Shown here in pieces: positions 15,741 to 28,099 of a DNA stretch of 64,000 bases. Source of the stretch: Eledone cirrhosa (taxonomy: Eukaryota); assembly GCA_964016885.1 (NCBI GenBank), contig OZ024742.1, positions 51,336,001 to 51,400,000 on the forward strand, written 5' to 3'. The translations under genes and the position numbers were made by a program. Position 1 is the stretch's first letter, and every line of letters starts with the position of its first letter. The notes under the pieces are model-generated. The model saw nothing but the letters and a program-made list of their open reading frames with translations. It had not been told where the DNA came from and did not search any database.

Positions 15741-16802
15741 TTATTTAAAACATGAATAATCATATTATGTAATTAGGCAGGAACAGAACTTTAGCTGCGG
15801 TTACTAAAGTGAAAAACCAAAAGGCCCCATTTATATTATTGAAACACTAAAAAACAAGTGAAAATATAACTGCATATAAAGCAAAATGAATAATATTTCT
15901 TTTTTTCATTCTTGGAATATTTGAAGCAATCTCCACTTTTGTACTTTGCAAGAACACATTATCGTTTGACAGCTATACCTGATACTAGATGTTGCCTTTG
16001 CACAAATCTTTTATTGATTCATAATCGTGTGCATTGTATATTGACCTGACTTTCATACGTCCACATGTTCTTCCTATATTAATATTAAAAATATAGGATT
16101 GCTTTGGATTAGTTTATGTAATCCAAATCAGTGAATGTTCATCAAATGAATGACATAAATAATTACCAATTTCAAAGTGAAATTATTTATAATTCCATTC
16201 AAAGAATGTGTCATATCATAAGCAAGTTAAATGTGGTTAAATCGTTTTACTTTGTTTCTTTTCTGCAAGTTGTAGCGGTTTCTGGAAGGGTTATCTATTT
16301 TGTTTGTTTTAATTTATATGGCCTTATTTATTATTTCACATTTTATATTTTTACTTTTATTCTATTCATAATTTGTTTCGTTATAGTACTGTCCTCGCTT
16401 ATATATCTCTGTTGTTTGCCTCAATTCTTATTGATTTCAGGTTTGTTAGTTAGACGTAGCTGAATGGGATGCATATTACAAGGCACACACGAGCATTTAT
16501 ATATATATATATTGGTTGGGGGCTGATGATCCAAATAACGTTAGATACCTTGTTCTTGTTAATCTTTCACTCAATCACCCCATCGTTCCGATCTATTTTA
16601 CTCATCTTCTCTTAATCTATAACTCCCTCATTTTTAATCTCTTTCTCTACATCTCTGTCTATATATACCCCCCTTCTTTCATTCTCTCCCCCAGGCGCTC
16701 CGTTAGATTTGTGATTATATCTTAGACTAAAATATTTTACTATGCAAATAGTATACAATTGGTAACAGCGATTCTTTGCTTAAACTTTAATCTGTTATTT
16801 TA

Positions 16803-16884
<82 letters not shown>

Positions 16885-17012
16885 ATAATAATAAATTTGA
16901 AGACTAAAATCCAAAGAGGGCTCGATAAGTATCCCCACCCAATATTTTAATATATATATATTTATATATATATATATATATATTATATATATGAATAATC
17001 ATATATATATTA

Positions 17013-17345
17013 TAAATGTAAGCTATCACCGTACTTTGACTAAAGAAATTATTTAGCCTGATAGTAGGGTTAAGAACCCTCAGAGAAATGGAAAAAGATG
17101 AGTATTGACGTACATGGGAGTTGAACGCACATCTTTGGTTATCCGGACCACTGTGATACCATTTACACCAACACATTACCCGTGATGTATAAATGGCAGC
17201 ACAGTGACCCGGATAACCAAAGATGTGGGTTCGACTCCCATGTACGTCAATACTCATCTTTTTCCATTTCTCTGAGGGTTCTTAACCCCACTATCATGCT
17301 AAATAATTTCTTTAGTCAAAATACGGCGATTGCTTAACATTTATT
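17013..17345. mobile_element. Fold-back element containing a tRNA-like head
   Basis: Arms 17013-17168 and 17186-17345 are reverse complements; B box ggttcgactcc at 17228-17238 with an A-box-like tgtataaatgg upstream. Confidence 0.7.
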
Positions 17346-17382
17346 AATTTCAAACCCGCTCGCTGTTTCGAAACTATTTTTA

Positions 17383-17466
<84 letters not shown>

Positions 17467-17506
17467 ACAGCAGGCTGGACTGGTGTAAAACCTTGAAAGG
17501 TTTACT

Positions 17507-17565
17507 ATACTATGATCATTTCAATGACCGGGTTCAGTATAAATCCGGTGATATCATCATGTATT
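17507..17565 (-). ncRNA. Degenerate hammerhead motif (C3 replaced by A)
   Basis: atac ATGATGA tatcaccgg...ccggtcatt GAAA tgatca TA gtat; palindromic stem III. Confidence 0.55.
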
Positions 17566-17868
17566 CAAAATATAACAAAGGAATATAACAGATTAAATAC
17601 ATGGGGCTGAAAATCAGAGACAAGATGACGACAGACTATTTAGCAGCTTCTACCTCGGTCGGCCGCCCTCAAGTCCAACAAACCTAAATATATATATATG
17701 TATCGATCTTACTCGACTCTGTAATCTGCGGCTTGTCGGATCCCTTGTAATCCTAGTAAAAAAATGCTACACTCTGTCTACCTCTACACCTCGACACTGA
17801 AGTGAACCTAGACATCAAGTGCTCACCCGGGTGAACCTACTGTAAGTCCAGGTTACACTCCCTGGATA

Positions 17869-17899
<31 letters not shown>

Positions 17900-18402
17900 A
17901 ATGTAAGTATGTATACGTACATACATATATACAGACGTACAGTAGCACGTATATATATATATATATACATACATACAGGCACACATATATATATGTACGT
18001 ATCAGTTTAGCGAATATTTATTATAAAATTCGCTTGGTTCGTTTGTAAACAAACGGACAGCCTGCTTTTGCCGTACGGTGTTAAGGCAACCACGTGACAT
18101 TTTTGTTCAACACTAACACAGGAACGATGTACCAGTTTCAAGCCTGTTAGCTATCGTCAGCACCGTATACCCTTCTGCCAGATGGTTGAACGTTCGAAAG
18201 TATATACTTTACTTATGAAAATTAATGGCTGAGCAGCCTAATTTGCATATCGAGTGAGTTCAGTCGGCTAGGCGCACCGAAAACGATAAGTTGGAATAGA
18301 ATGAAACGAAATTTCATTTCTCACTCTTAGTACGGCACTTACTTAAATGTAAGTATGTATGTATACGTACACACATATATGTATACAGACGTACAGTAGC
18401 AC

Positions 18403-18445
<43 letters not shown>

Positions 18446-18809
18446 CAGGCACACATATATATATGTACGTATCAGTTTAGCGAATATTTATTATTACATT
18501 CGCTTTGTTCGTTTGTAAACAAACGGACAGCCTGATTATGCCGTACGGTGTTAAGGCAACCACGTAACCTTTTTGTTCAACACTGACACAGGATCAAACG
18601 AACAAAGCGAATGTTATAATAAATATTCGCTAAACTGATACGTACATATATATATGTGTGCCTGTATGTATATATATATATATATATACATATATATACG
18701 TGCTACTGTACGTCTGTATACATATATGTATGTACGTATACATACATACTTACATTTAAGTAAGTGCCGTACTAAGAGTGAGAAATGAAATTTCGTTTCA
18801 TTCTATTCC

Positions 18810-18812
<3 letters not shown>
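17900..18812 (-). mobile_element. HHR element with partial direct repeat and inverted segment, flanked by (TA)n
   Basis: 17900-18122 is repeated at 18347-18592; 18596-18812 is an inverted copy; HHR at 18124-18166. Confidence 0.8.
18124..18166 (-). ncRNA. Minimal type I hammerhead ribozyme
   Basis: acggtg CTGACGA tagctaacaggctt GAAA ctgg TA catcgt; canonical core, 6-bp stem I. Confidence 0.8.
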
Positions 18813-18875
<63 letters not shown>

Positions 18876-18939
18876 AAGTGTTAAAACTATCAAAATTTGA
18901 TCGATTTAAAACTTTTTATCTCGGCTCTGTAAAAAGAAA

Positions 18940-20281
18940 GTGGGATTGAGAGTAAATCAAAATGCTGGAAGTTTAAGAAATTCTATATAAATCATGTTAT
19001 ATAGGAAACAATATAATAAAGATGTGAAAAGTGAACAAAATCTGTTTTTATATACAGATACTGATAGAATATATCTCCCTAGGAAAGAAGGAGGACCTGG
19101 GTTAATTCATGTAGATATTGCTTTGAAAACTGCAACAATTTGATTATCTACATATCTAAGGGAATCACATGATTGGATGATCAAACTCGTTTTGAAACAC
19201 AAAAGCATCAAAAGATCATACTCCATTACAAAAGATGCACAAATGGACAACAAATTTCAGAAGTTCCATTTACTGCTGAAATGAAAAAAACCCAGAAAAA
19301 TCAAAGCAGGTAAAAGTAATTGCAAAGAAAGAACTGCTACATAAACTGGCTAAGAAATGGCAAAAAAAGCCTCTGTATGGAAAATACACAGAAAGAGCTA
19401 ACAATCCTGATGTTGACAAAACTTTAACCCATTAGTGGTTGGCATCCTCTGGATTGAAATGGGAGACTGAAGGACTGATTATATCAGCACAAGGTCAATG
19501 TCTGCCAACAAAAAATTATCAAGCCAAAATTATAAAAAATGGATTCAACCCATTATGCCGTGTATGTAAAAAACAAACAGAGACCGTTGATCATATAATT
19601 TCAATGTGTAGTCCTATAGCTCCAACCGAATACCTAAACAGGCACGACAGAGATGAACATTGGATAATGTGTAAGCATTTTAACCTGCTCCATCAAAAGA
19701 ATTGGTGGGAGCAACAACCACCTCCCGTACTTGAAAAAGATCACATCTCAATGTTGTGGAAGGTAAGCTTCCAAACAGACCGAAAAATAGATACAAATAG
19801 ACATGATATAATACTGAAGGACTTTAAAAAGGGGGTATTCCTGCTAATTGATATGTCCGTTCCAATAGACAAGAATGGATCTATAAAAACATTTGAAAAA
19901 TTGAGCAAGTATAAGGACCTGGAGATAGAAATTGGAAATATGTGGAAATTGAGAACTAAAACAATACCAGTGGATGTAGGCGCTCTAGGAATGATACATA
20001 AGGGGTCTAATGATTACTTATCGCAAATCCCAGTAAACCCGCGTATAGGAGAAATACAAAAGATAGTACTAATGGGAACTGCTCATATAACTAAGGAAGA
20101 TTCTGTCAATATAAGTACATCACAAGTCTAACGACCTAAAGATGCATGTGTGTGTATGTATGTTCTTTCTTGAACATGGCGGACCTTGTTGTCTCTTGAG
20201 GTCACTGGTTGTGGCTTGGTGATAACTCCTATGAACATAAAGCAAGATAAATGCAACTATAATAATAATAATAATAATAAT
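18940..20281 (+). mobile_element. 5'-truncated R4/Dong-like non-LTR retrotransposon (CCHC finger + restriction-like endonuclease), (TAA)n tail
   Basis: ORF 19439-20131 has ETEGLIISAQ, CRVC..ETVDHIIS.C, RHD, LIDMSVP, EKLSKYKDL and VGALG; upstream YLPRKEGG motif; tail at 20259-20281. Confidence 0.9.
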
Positions 20282-23200
20282 TTCTTTATTAACCACAAGG
20301 GTTTACACAATGTAAGACATTAAGGACATACAGGACAATACAGGTCAATACAGGACGGTACAAATGGGCATTTCTGCGTGTAAAAATAAACAAAAATAGA
20401 GGATGTAACAAAAATGAAACAATGAAAAATTCCCCAATTGGAGGGTGACTTCCAAGGGCCATCGTGGAGAAAGCCCATTAAAAATTCCACTGTAGCCCTA
20501 ACCACCAGGGCATGTACCCTCTCCCAGTTTTCCACCTTCAATTTACAGGCACATACTCGGGCCATTCTTGCCTCTCTAACCCATCTTTCAACAAAATGCT
20601 ACGTAGAGAGCACTTCTTTCTCTACCCTGATTTTCCTTTTCAAATGAAACTTAAAAAAGTTAATCAGGGCATCACCGAAGAGGTAAGTGCTCGTCTTCAG
20701 CACTTTCAAACGCCTCCACCATATTATCTCTTTCGCCATGGCCACCAGAGAGATAAAAACTGCCTGCCCTTCCCGGCTGAAGGAAGAGGGTGGGGAAATC
20801 CTCACGATGGACTCAGCTGATAGCCGGATCCGTCCTACACGCAACAGCAGGTGTTCGACATAACGCCACAAGTCAGCAATGCTCGGACACTGGACGAGTG
20901 CGTGCAGGACTGTTTCGTCACCTTGCGCGCATCTCGGACATTACCACCTGACGGCACTTCCATGCCTGTAGAGTTTATCCCGAGCTGGCTAAGCTCCTCA
21001 GTAGCACTGCCAGGCCAGGGATTTCTGGAAGTTGTCCATAGGCCCCTGCCCGAAAGTCCTTCCGAAGAGATTGGCTAGTTGATTTTCGTTGACGCCTAGT
21101 GTTTCCCCAAGTACGTCGTCGATCTTCCCCTCCACTGATCCTCTATAGAACGCCAAGCTGGAGTTTCCACCGATCACATTGCTCGATTGGTCGAGGGCTG
21201 TGAGCGCCTGAAGACATTCCCGTCGCCAAGCGCTCCCTCTCGGTTTTCCCTTGACCCATGACTGCAGGTCCGTTAAGGAGACTAGCTGGGGAAAGACGCG
21301 TCTATCAAACGGCGATCACACCTGATCACCGTCAAGGAAGAGGTGGAGATGTCGTAGCCTGGGCGCGTGTCTGCGCATCATCGGCCACGGCATGCCCAGC
21401 TATCCACGTAGAGGGTGTTGACAGCAGATGGACCGACTGACTATCGGAGCGCGTCCCTTCCACAAAAAGCGAAAGAGCAAACGCTCCAGCGCAGTCAGGC
21501 GAGGCTTAGGACAAGGTACGACCGTCAGGGGGTAGTAGATGACGGACGTGTTGAACACATTCGCCAACTCTGCTCAAGCTTTCAGGGATAGTTTCCTCTC
21601 TGACCATTTCTGGATGAGAGAAGCCAACCTGCTCGTCTCCCCGTCCCAGTTTTTATCCGTCTGGAGGTCCGGACCGAACCAGACCCCTAGCAATTTAAAC
21701 TGTCCATCCGTCTAGCGCTTGACGACGCTATTGGACGACATGGATCTGACTCTCTAGGTGCCGAGCTGCAGGCACACCGACATTTCCTGGTTGATCATTG
21801 ATCCTATAACCGCTTCGTATTATCTCAGTGGTGTGCCTATCGCCTCGATGTGTTTTGCGTTCGACACCATTACGGTGACATCGTCCGCATATTCTGACAT
21901 GGATCTTCCGCATCCTAGTTAGCGCGGGAACCCCGCAACGTCTCCAGTTTATGCAGTAATGACTCGAGAGTCAATACGTACAAGAGGGACGAGAGGGGAC
22001 ATCCTTGGCGGACAGAGCGCATGATGTTCAATGATTCCGAAAGGTGACCCTTCACTCTCACCACAGAGCAGATGTCACTGTGAATGTTAGCGATCCAGCC
22101 CCTGAAGACGGGCCCAAAGCCAGCCACCCTCAGAACTGCCGCAAAATAACGATGGTCGACCCTATCGAAAGATTTCGACTGGTCTAAATTGATCAAGGAC
22201 CCACCCGTGTCAGGTTCCCTAGCTACACTCTCCACGATGTATCGCATGGGGTGGAGGTTGTCTTGGGTGGATCTGTCTTGAATGGCGCATGTCTGCGCCT
22301 CTTCCACCAGACCACCAACAACAAGCGCCAACCTCTTCGCTGGAAAATTTGCCAAAATCTTGAACTCTGTGTTTAGCAGAGTTATGGGCTTGACATTATC
22401 TATGTTATCTCCCTTGTTTGGATCCTTTCTCAGCAGTGCCACCGCTCATCGACTTACTGTGCTGGGAATTTTCTGGTTCTGTTTCTATTTGCAAGTCTGG
22501 CATGTGTACCTAAAGTTCATAAGGCAGACCATCCAAACCAGGCGATTTACCACTCGTGCAGCCAGTCACATCGGCTTTTTGCATCACTCCGCCCCAGTGG
22601 CCGAGAGCCGCGGAATTCCGTCGAAGTAGGCACTAAAGTCCATCCCTCGATTCGGCCGGCCGCTGCCCCCGAACAGCTGAGTGAAGTGTCGCTGAAATGC
22701 TTCACACATTTGCCCGGGATCGAGTAGCATGCGCCCGTCGTGGTTCACCAAAGACCGGATCGTGGCTTTGTTGCCACGACGCACCTCCGCCACTCGGGCC
22801 CATTGAATGGCTTTCGTCCCCTCGTGTCTGAAAGCACGCACCCTAGCTCTAACACGCAGACTTCGTGCTTTGCATTGAAGAATTGGTCAAGAGCCAATTT
22901 CGCCGCAAGTATGTCGGTCGCGATTCCTTTACTTAGCGCCTCGTCTAATTTTCTAACTATTTCTCCCTCTACTCTATTTTTCTCTATTGCTGAAGCCTTA
23001 CTAAACCTAATGGATTCTTTTCTAATCGTTCTTTTCAGAGCAAACCACCATTTGCTGTTGACAATGGCCCCCGTCAACGCCCGCTTAGCTAGCTCGCCAA
23101 TCCGGTCTCTGTAGTCCTTGCGCGCTGTTAATGACGCGTTTAGCTTCCAGTAGCGGGTCTATGTTTAGTGACCTGAGGTCGTTGAGCAGGTGGCCCTGGT

Positions 23201-25440
23201 TCCATGACGACCCCAGGCCTATTCTGATTGAGATCATGCCTATTCTGATTGAGATCATGTTGAAAAGGAGTGGAAATGGATGGGAAAGAACACTTACCTA
23301 TTTCTCGTAGAGGAAGGATGGTTTTCCATCCTTCTAACTGCTCGTGGCATCCTCCGGAAGGATGTCCTTATAAATCCTCCTGGAAGTCTCCGATGTCTTG
23401 GGGAATTTTAATTTTAGTGTCATGAACGTTTTATGTGTGATGCGAGTGATTTGTATGTATGTAGGTAGTGTGAATTTTGGGGCGTTGTGTAGTCTTTTTC
23501 TGTGAAGCTGGTGTTGTGTTGGATGTAGTGTAATAATTGGTTGTTCTTCAAATGTAACGCTTTGTAGCGTGTATCGTTTTGGTTGCTTTGTTTTGTTTGC
23601 GTTTGTTGTGGGTTTGTTTCTGTTTCGCTTGTTTGTGAGTTTTGCGGTGTTGTTGATGGTGTTGTTGGGGTTAATGATGGTGGTGGTGTTGGTGTTTGTG
23701 GGTGATGGGGTTGGTGATGCTGGTGTGGATGGTGGTATAGCTGTCTTAACTTGTTTGTTTGTTTGCTTGTTTGTTTCACCCTGCATTTTGTTTTTGGAGT
23801 GCTGGGAAAGAGGATTCTTATTCTTTTGGGGGTTCTTTTTTTCTTTTCATATTTTTCTTAATACAGTTTCACACTCCTCGTCGTTACAGTCTGTCTCCAG
23901 TTGCGATAGGTCGGGTAGTGGAAAATCCTCCACATGCGTTGGTTTTGGTTGTGGCGTGGTGGATGGTGGGGGCGCTGGTGCTAATTATGGCGCAGTGTGT
24001 GATAGTGGTGTTGGTTTTTCTCCTGTTGCTGCTACAGTTGCTGGGGTTTGCTGTTGCTACAGTTGCTTCTGTTGTTGCTGCTACAGTTGTTACTGCCATT
24101 TCTGCTGCTGGTTTTGATGGTTGAGTCACTGGGGTCGGTAGGAGTGCTGGCCTCAAATGTTTAGCCTGAGAGCAGAGAGCCTTTAGCTGGGTTCCTTCGG
24201 CACAAATGACACACATAGGCCTTCTACCCTCAACGATTACGGCGAGGTGGCTTCCGTTAGTGAGGTCTATCAACTCTGGAATTTCCTCAATGATGTTTTG
24301 GTCCGCTTGGATCAGGAGCTCCATCCGAGATCCGAACCAGTTCTGCTTTTCTTTTATTACTTCACTTAATTTAGTGTTAGCCTCGATTTCGGCGAGGAGG
24401 GCAGCCATTAGTCAGGGAATTTCGATGGCCGGCGGAACGTCGGTCACCCTCATCTTCACGAGTCTCTGACCAGAATAGCTTTGGACGAGTGTGAACTCGT
24501 CACTCCTTAGTGGGGCCATGGAGTCCTCTCTGGCTTCCTGTGGGGTTCCAAAGTACACGTCAACTGTTCCATATTTCTGCCCACGTCTGATGTGGGGTTT
24601 TTTCGCCCACACATGTCCGAAAGCTTTTTGCATCTTTGAATCGGATGCCCGTTCCACTCGGCGTGATTTTTTGTTTATCGTCCGATATGACACGGTGCAT
24701 AGGCGTTGATGCTCCATTTTAATAGATGGGGCGGTGAGGCTTACCCTGTACCTATCTTTTTACCTCGACTGTTTCGCTTTTCTTGGCTGCTTTGGCAAAC
24801 GACACATTTTGTTTTGCGCTGGTGTTGATATTGTTGCTGTTGCTGTAGTTGTTATTGTTATTATTATTATTGTTATTTTTGTTTCAGTTGAGGTGGTGGT
24901 GTCAGTGGTGTTCGGCGTGGAATAGTCGATGCTGGGTGAATGCCTTTCGATGTCACGAGATAATAATTTATTTTTTGTTTCTGTTGTCACTGTGGTGGTG
25001 GTGGTATCATTGGTGTTGGTTGTTCTTTTTGACATTGTGGTGTTTGGGGTGGCGGCTTTAACGCCGGCAGTTATTGGTAATGGCGAGAAATCCATGTCTT
25101 TATGCGGCAAATCTAAATAATTGAGACTGATATTAATTTTATTTTCAGTGTTGGCACCCGTGGCAAGGCTTACAATGGTGTTGGTGGTGGTAGGGGACGT
25201 TGGTCTGTTAAAAACAGGAGATTTATCGTTCATGTTTTTTTTCAAAGAAATATTTTGTTTCATGAATAAAAGTTTAAATTTTGGACTCAGGGCCCCAATA
25301 TTATCGAGTGTCCTTTTCAGAAAGCAATATATGTGAACTTATAAACGCTTAACAACAAAATGTTTCCATAACTGGCATTTGAAACAACTAAAAACAACAA
25401 AATATTGTGGAGCTCACGATAGTACGATTTCCTATGTAGG
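20282..25440 (-). mobile_element. L1/Tx1-clade LINE, degenerate (ORF1 with zinc knuckle; ORF2 RT; APE domain apparently missing)
   Basis: RT motifs KPITLLNTEFKILA, LDQSKSFDRVDH and VRQGCPLS (21915-22442); YWKLNASL near 23130-23155; CVICAEGTQLKALC (CCHC-like) in 23884-24408; AATAAA near the 3' end. Confidence 0.85.
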
Positions 25441-25467
25441 TCGCCAATAATAATAATAATAATAATA

Positions 25468-25540
25468 ATTGTTTCTACTTTTGGCACAAGGCCAGCAATT
25501 AACCAGTGCATTACTGGTACTTTATTTTATCGATCCCGTA
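25468..25540 (-). mobile_element. 3' fragment of the Nin-domain SINE with (TTA)n tail
   Basis: ttgtttctacttttggcacaaggccagcaatt...tttattttatcga. Confidence 0.8.
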
Positions 25541-26370
25541 TTTTGGAGGCAGATGACATCAAGAACAAAAAATGAATAAGATCTGATTACATATGGAGAG
25601 TAAAGAGCGTATTAAAATCACATCTAAATAGTAGGAATGTCATAAGTGCAGTAAATTCCCGAGCTTTGTCTATTATTAGGTACAGTGCGGGAATTCTGAA
25701 ATGGAATATTGCTGAACAAAAAGAAATGGATAGGAAGACTAGGAAGCTATTGACTATCTACAACATGTTCCACGAGAGGAGTGATGTCGATAGACTCTAC
25801 TTAAAGAGATCTGAAGGTGGAAGAGGCTTTATCAGCATAGATGGAGAAAAACAACCTGCACAGATAGGTGACTGACACTAGAGAGAAAATGCTCAAAATT
25901 GTACTGAAGGAGAAGACAATAGACCAAGTGATGTCCAAGGAGGAGGCTAGCTCATTGCGTAGGATCTGTGGATAGAAGGGACTGTGGCTCACGTTGTATC
26001 CGCGTGTAAACACCTAGCCCAGACTCACTCTAAAGGCTGGATGTATGATGGGATAGGCAGGGTGACCCACTGGCATTTATGCAAACTAAACAATTTACCA
26101 CATTCTGAGAAGTGGTAAGAGCATAAATAAGCCATAGTCGGTGATAGAAAACGGTCAGGTTAAGCTGCTATGGGAGTTTAGGATACAGACAGACAAGAGA
26201 TGAGAACACAATAGGCCTGACCTGGTGAATTTGGACAAGGAAAAAAGATTGTGCCTGATTGTAGATGTAGCCTGCCCATTTGACACGTGAGTGCAAGAAG
26301 AAGAGAGGGAGAACATTAACCGATACCAGGATTTGAGATAGTACCTCGTGCGCCTATGACAATTGGGACG
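25541..26370 (+). pseudogene. R4/Dong-like LINE fragment
   Basis: IIRYSAGILKW..MDRKTRKLL..DVDRLYLKRSEGGRG, followed by degraded RLE motifs (NRPDLV, VDVACPFD). Confidence 0.8.
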
Positions 26371-26879
26371 ACCTTGATTTTATGGCAGTTCAAAATCCTT
26401 TTTAACTCCCACTAAATAACGGACCACATGTGTAAATAAAGAAACTTAATATCAGCCGCACTCATAATTTTAAATCAAAACATAAAGAAAAACGATATAT
26501 GTAAGTAACAAACTCTATTGATTATATTACACATACATGTATTATAAATACAACGAAAAATGTACACAAAACAAATATGCAGATATACAGACGTTCGCTC
26601 TTTGAACTTAAAGAAAAATATATTTGAAGAAGAGAAACAGTCGTAGACCAGATAACACACTTGCTTACTTCGAGGAGTAAGTTGTCTTTAATTTGGTATT
26701 CCCTAACACGAAAATTCGACAAATTATTTCACCATTTATCTCTACAAATAATCTGACACTAGTTGTGAGAACTGCATAAATATTTTTATGTATTTACCAT
26801 TACATCGCTGTTTACATATTATTATTTGAAGAAAAGAAACGGAAAACACGCTGTTTATTTCGGGGGATAAGTTCTGTTT

Positions 26880-27885
26880 AATAAAAAATCCGACTAATTA
26901 TTATGCAATCATCTCTGTGGCTGAAGATGTGAACAAAAGAATCTCTGAAACAAAAGGTCCAAGTAAAAGCCCAACGAATTCGTATACTCGAGAAGCGAAA
27001 CAACTTCTACAGGCAAAATAAGTTGTTCTCATCTAATGCCAAGTCATTTTATAGAGAAGTAGGGAAGGAAAAAATAATGTAGATTGGATTAGTCGCCTGG
27101 AAAAATCCTAAACAAATTCTGAAGAACATGCGTGGGAAGACATCTCTATAGCGGACTTAAGGACAGCACTCAATAAATCTCATAAATGGAAATCCCCAGT
27201 AGAGATAGGGTGCCAAATTTCTGGCGTTCCTCACTCCCGTGCACTCACAATATATTGGTCAAGCTGTTTAATGGAATTATGAAAGATCCAAAATATACAC
27301 CTGATTGGATAGCAAGGGGCATTACCTACCTTCTACCAATGAACAACGAAAACAAATAAAAATATCTGTCCACCACTTATAAACTATTAAACTCTATTGT
27401 CATAGAAAGAGCATAGGTGTTTTTGGAGGAGAACAATCTTTTCCCCATTGAACAAAAAGGGTGCCGACGAGGTTCATAGGGTTGCAAAGATCAACTTTTG
27501 ATTAATCGTATGATCCTTGAGAACTGTCATAATAAACACAGAAATCTCAGTTCTGCATGGATCGATTATAAAAAAAGCCTTTGACACCACACTCATGGAT
27601 TCTGAAATCACTGGACATCTTCAAAATTTCACCTGTGATCTAAAAATTCCTGAAGCGCAATATGTCATTATTGAACACAAATCTCCAACTGTCTCATTCC
27701 ACTGGGGTACTGTGCTCTGGGAATATAAACATCAAATATGGTATATTCCAGGGTGACTCACTTTCACCCTTGCTTTTCTACATAGCATTAATAGTCTTTA
27801 CATCCGAGCTTAATGGAATAGGGTATGGTTATAAAATAAACAACAACAAAATAAGCCTACTATTTTATACGGACGATTTGAAGCA
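26880..27885 (+). pseudogene. R4/Dong-like RT fragment
   Basis: EQKGCRRGS.GCKDQLLIN, WIDYKKAFD, GIFQGDSLSPLLF, LFYTDDLK. Confidence 0.85.
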
Positions 27886-28099
27886 AAGTCAGCAAGGGGA
27901 AAATGAAACATGTGTCAGCGAAAACGAGTGAATTTTAACATTGCAAATCCCAGGGCTGGGGCGGAATCACTGACAGCAGAACAAATTAAAGGAGGGATCG
28001 AAAAAGTGGAAGGAGTGCATGCTCAAGATGAAACTCAAAATGAAAACAATGAGATCGTCAATGATAAAGAAATGAATGAGTATGAACTCGCCGACTTGA

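Noticed and set aside
17180-17250. Functional tRNA gene
   Set aside because: A and B boxes are present but the acceptor and anticodon stems do not pair properly; treated as tRNA-derived.
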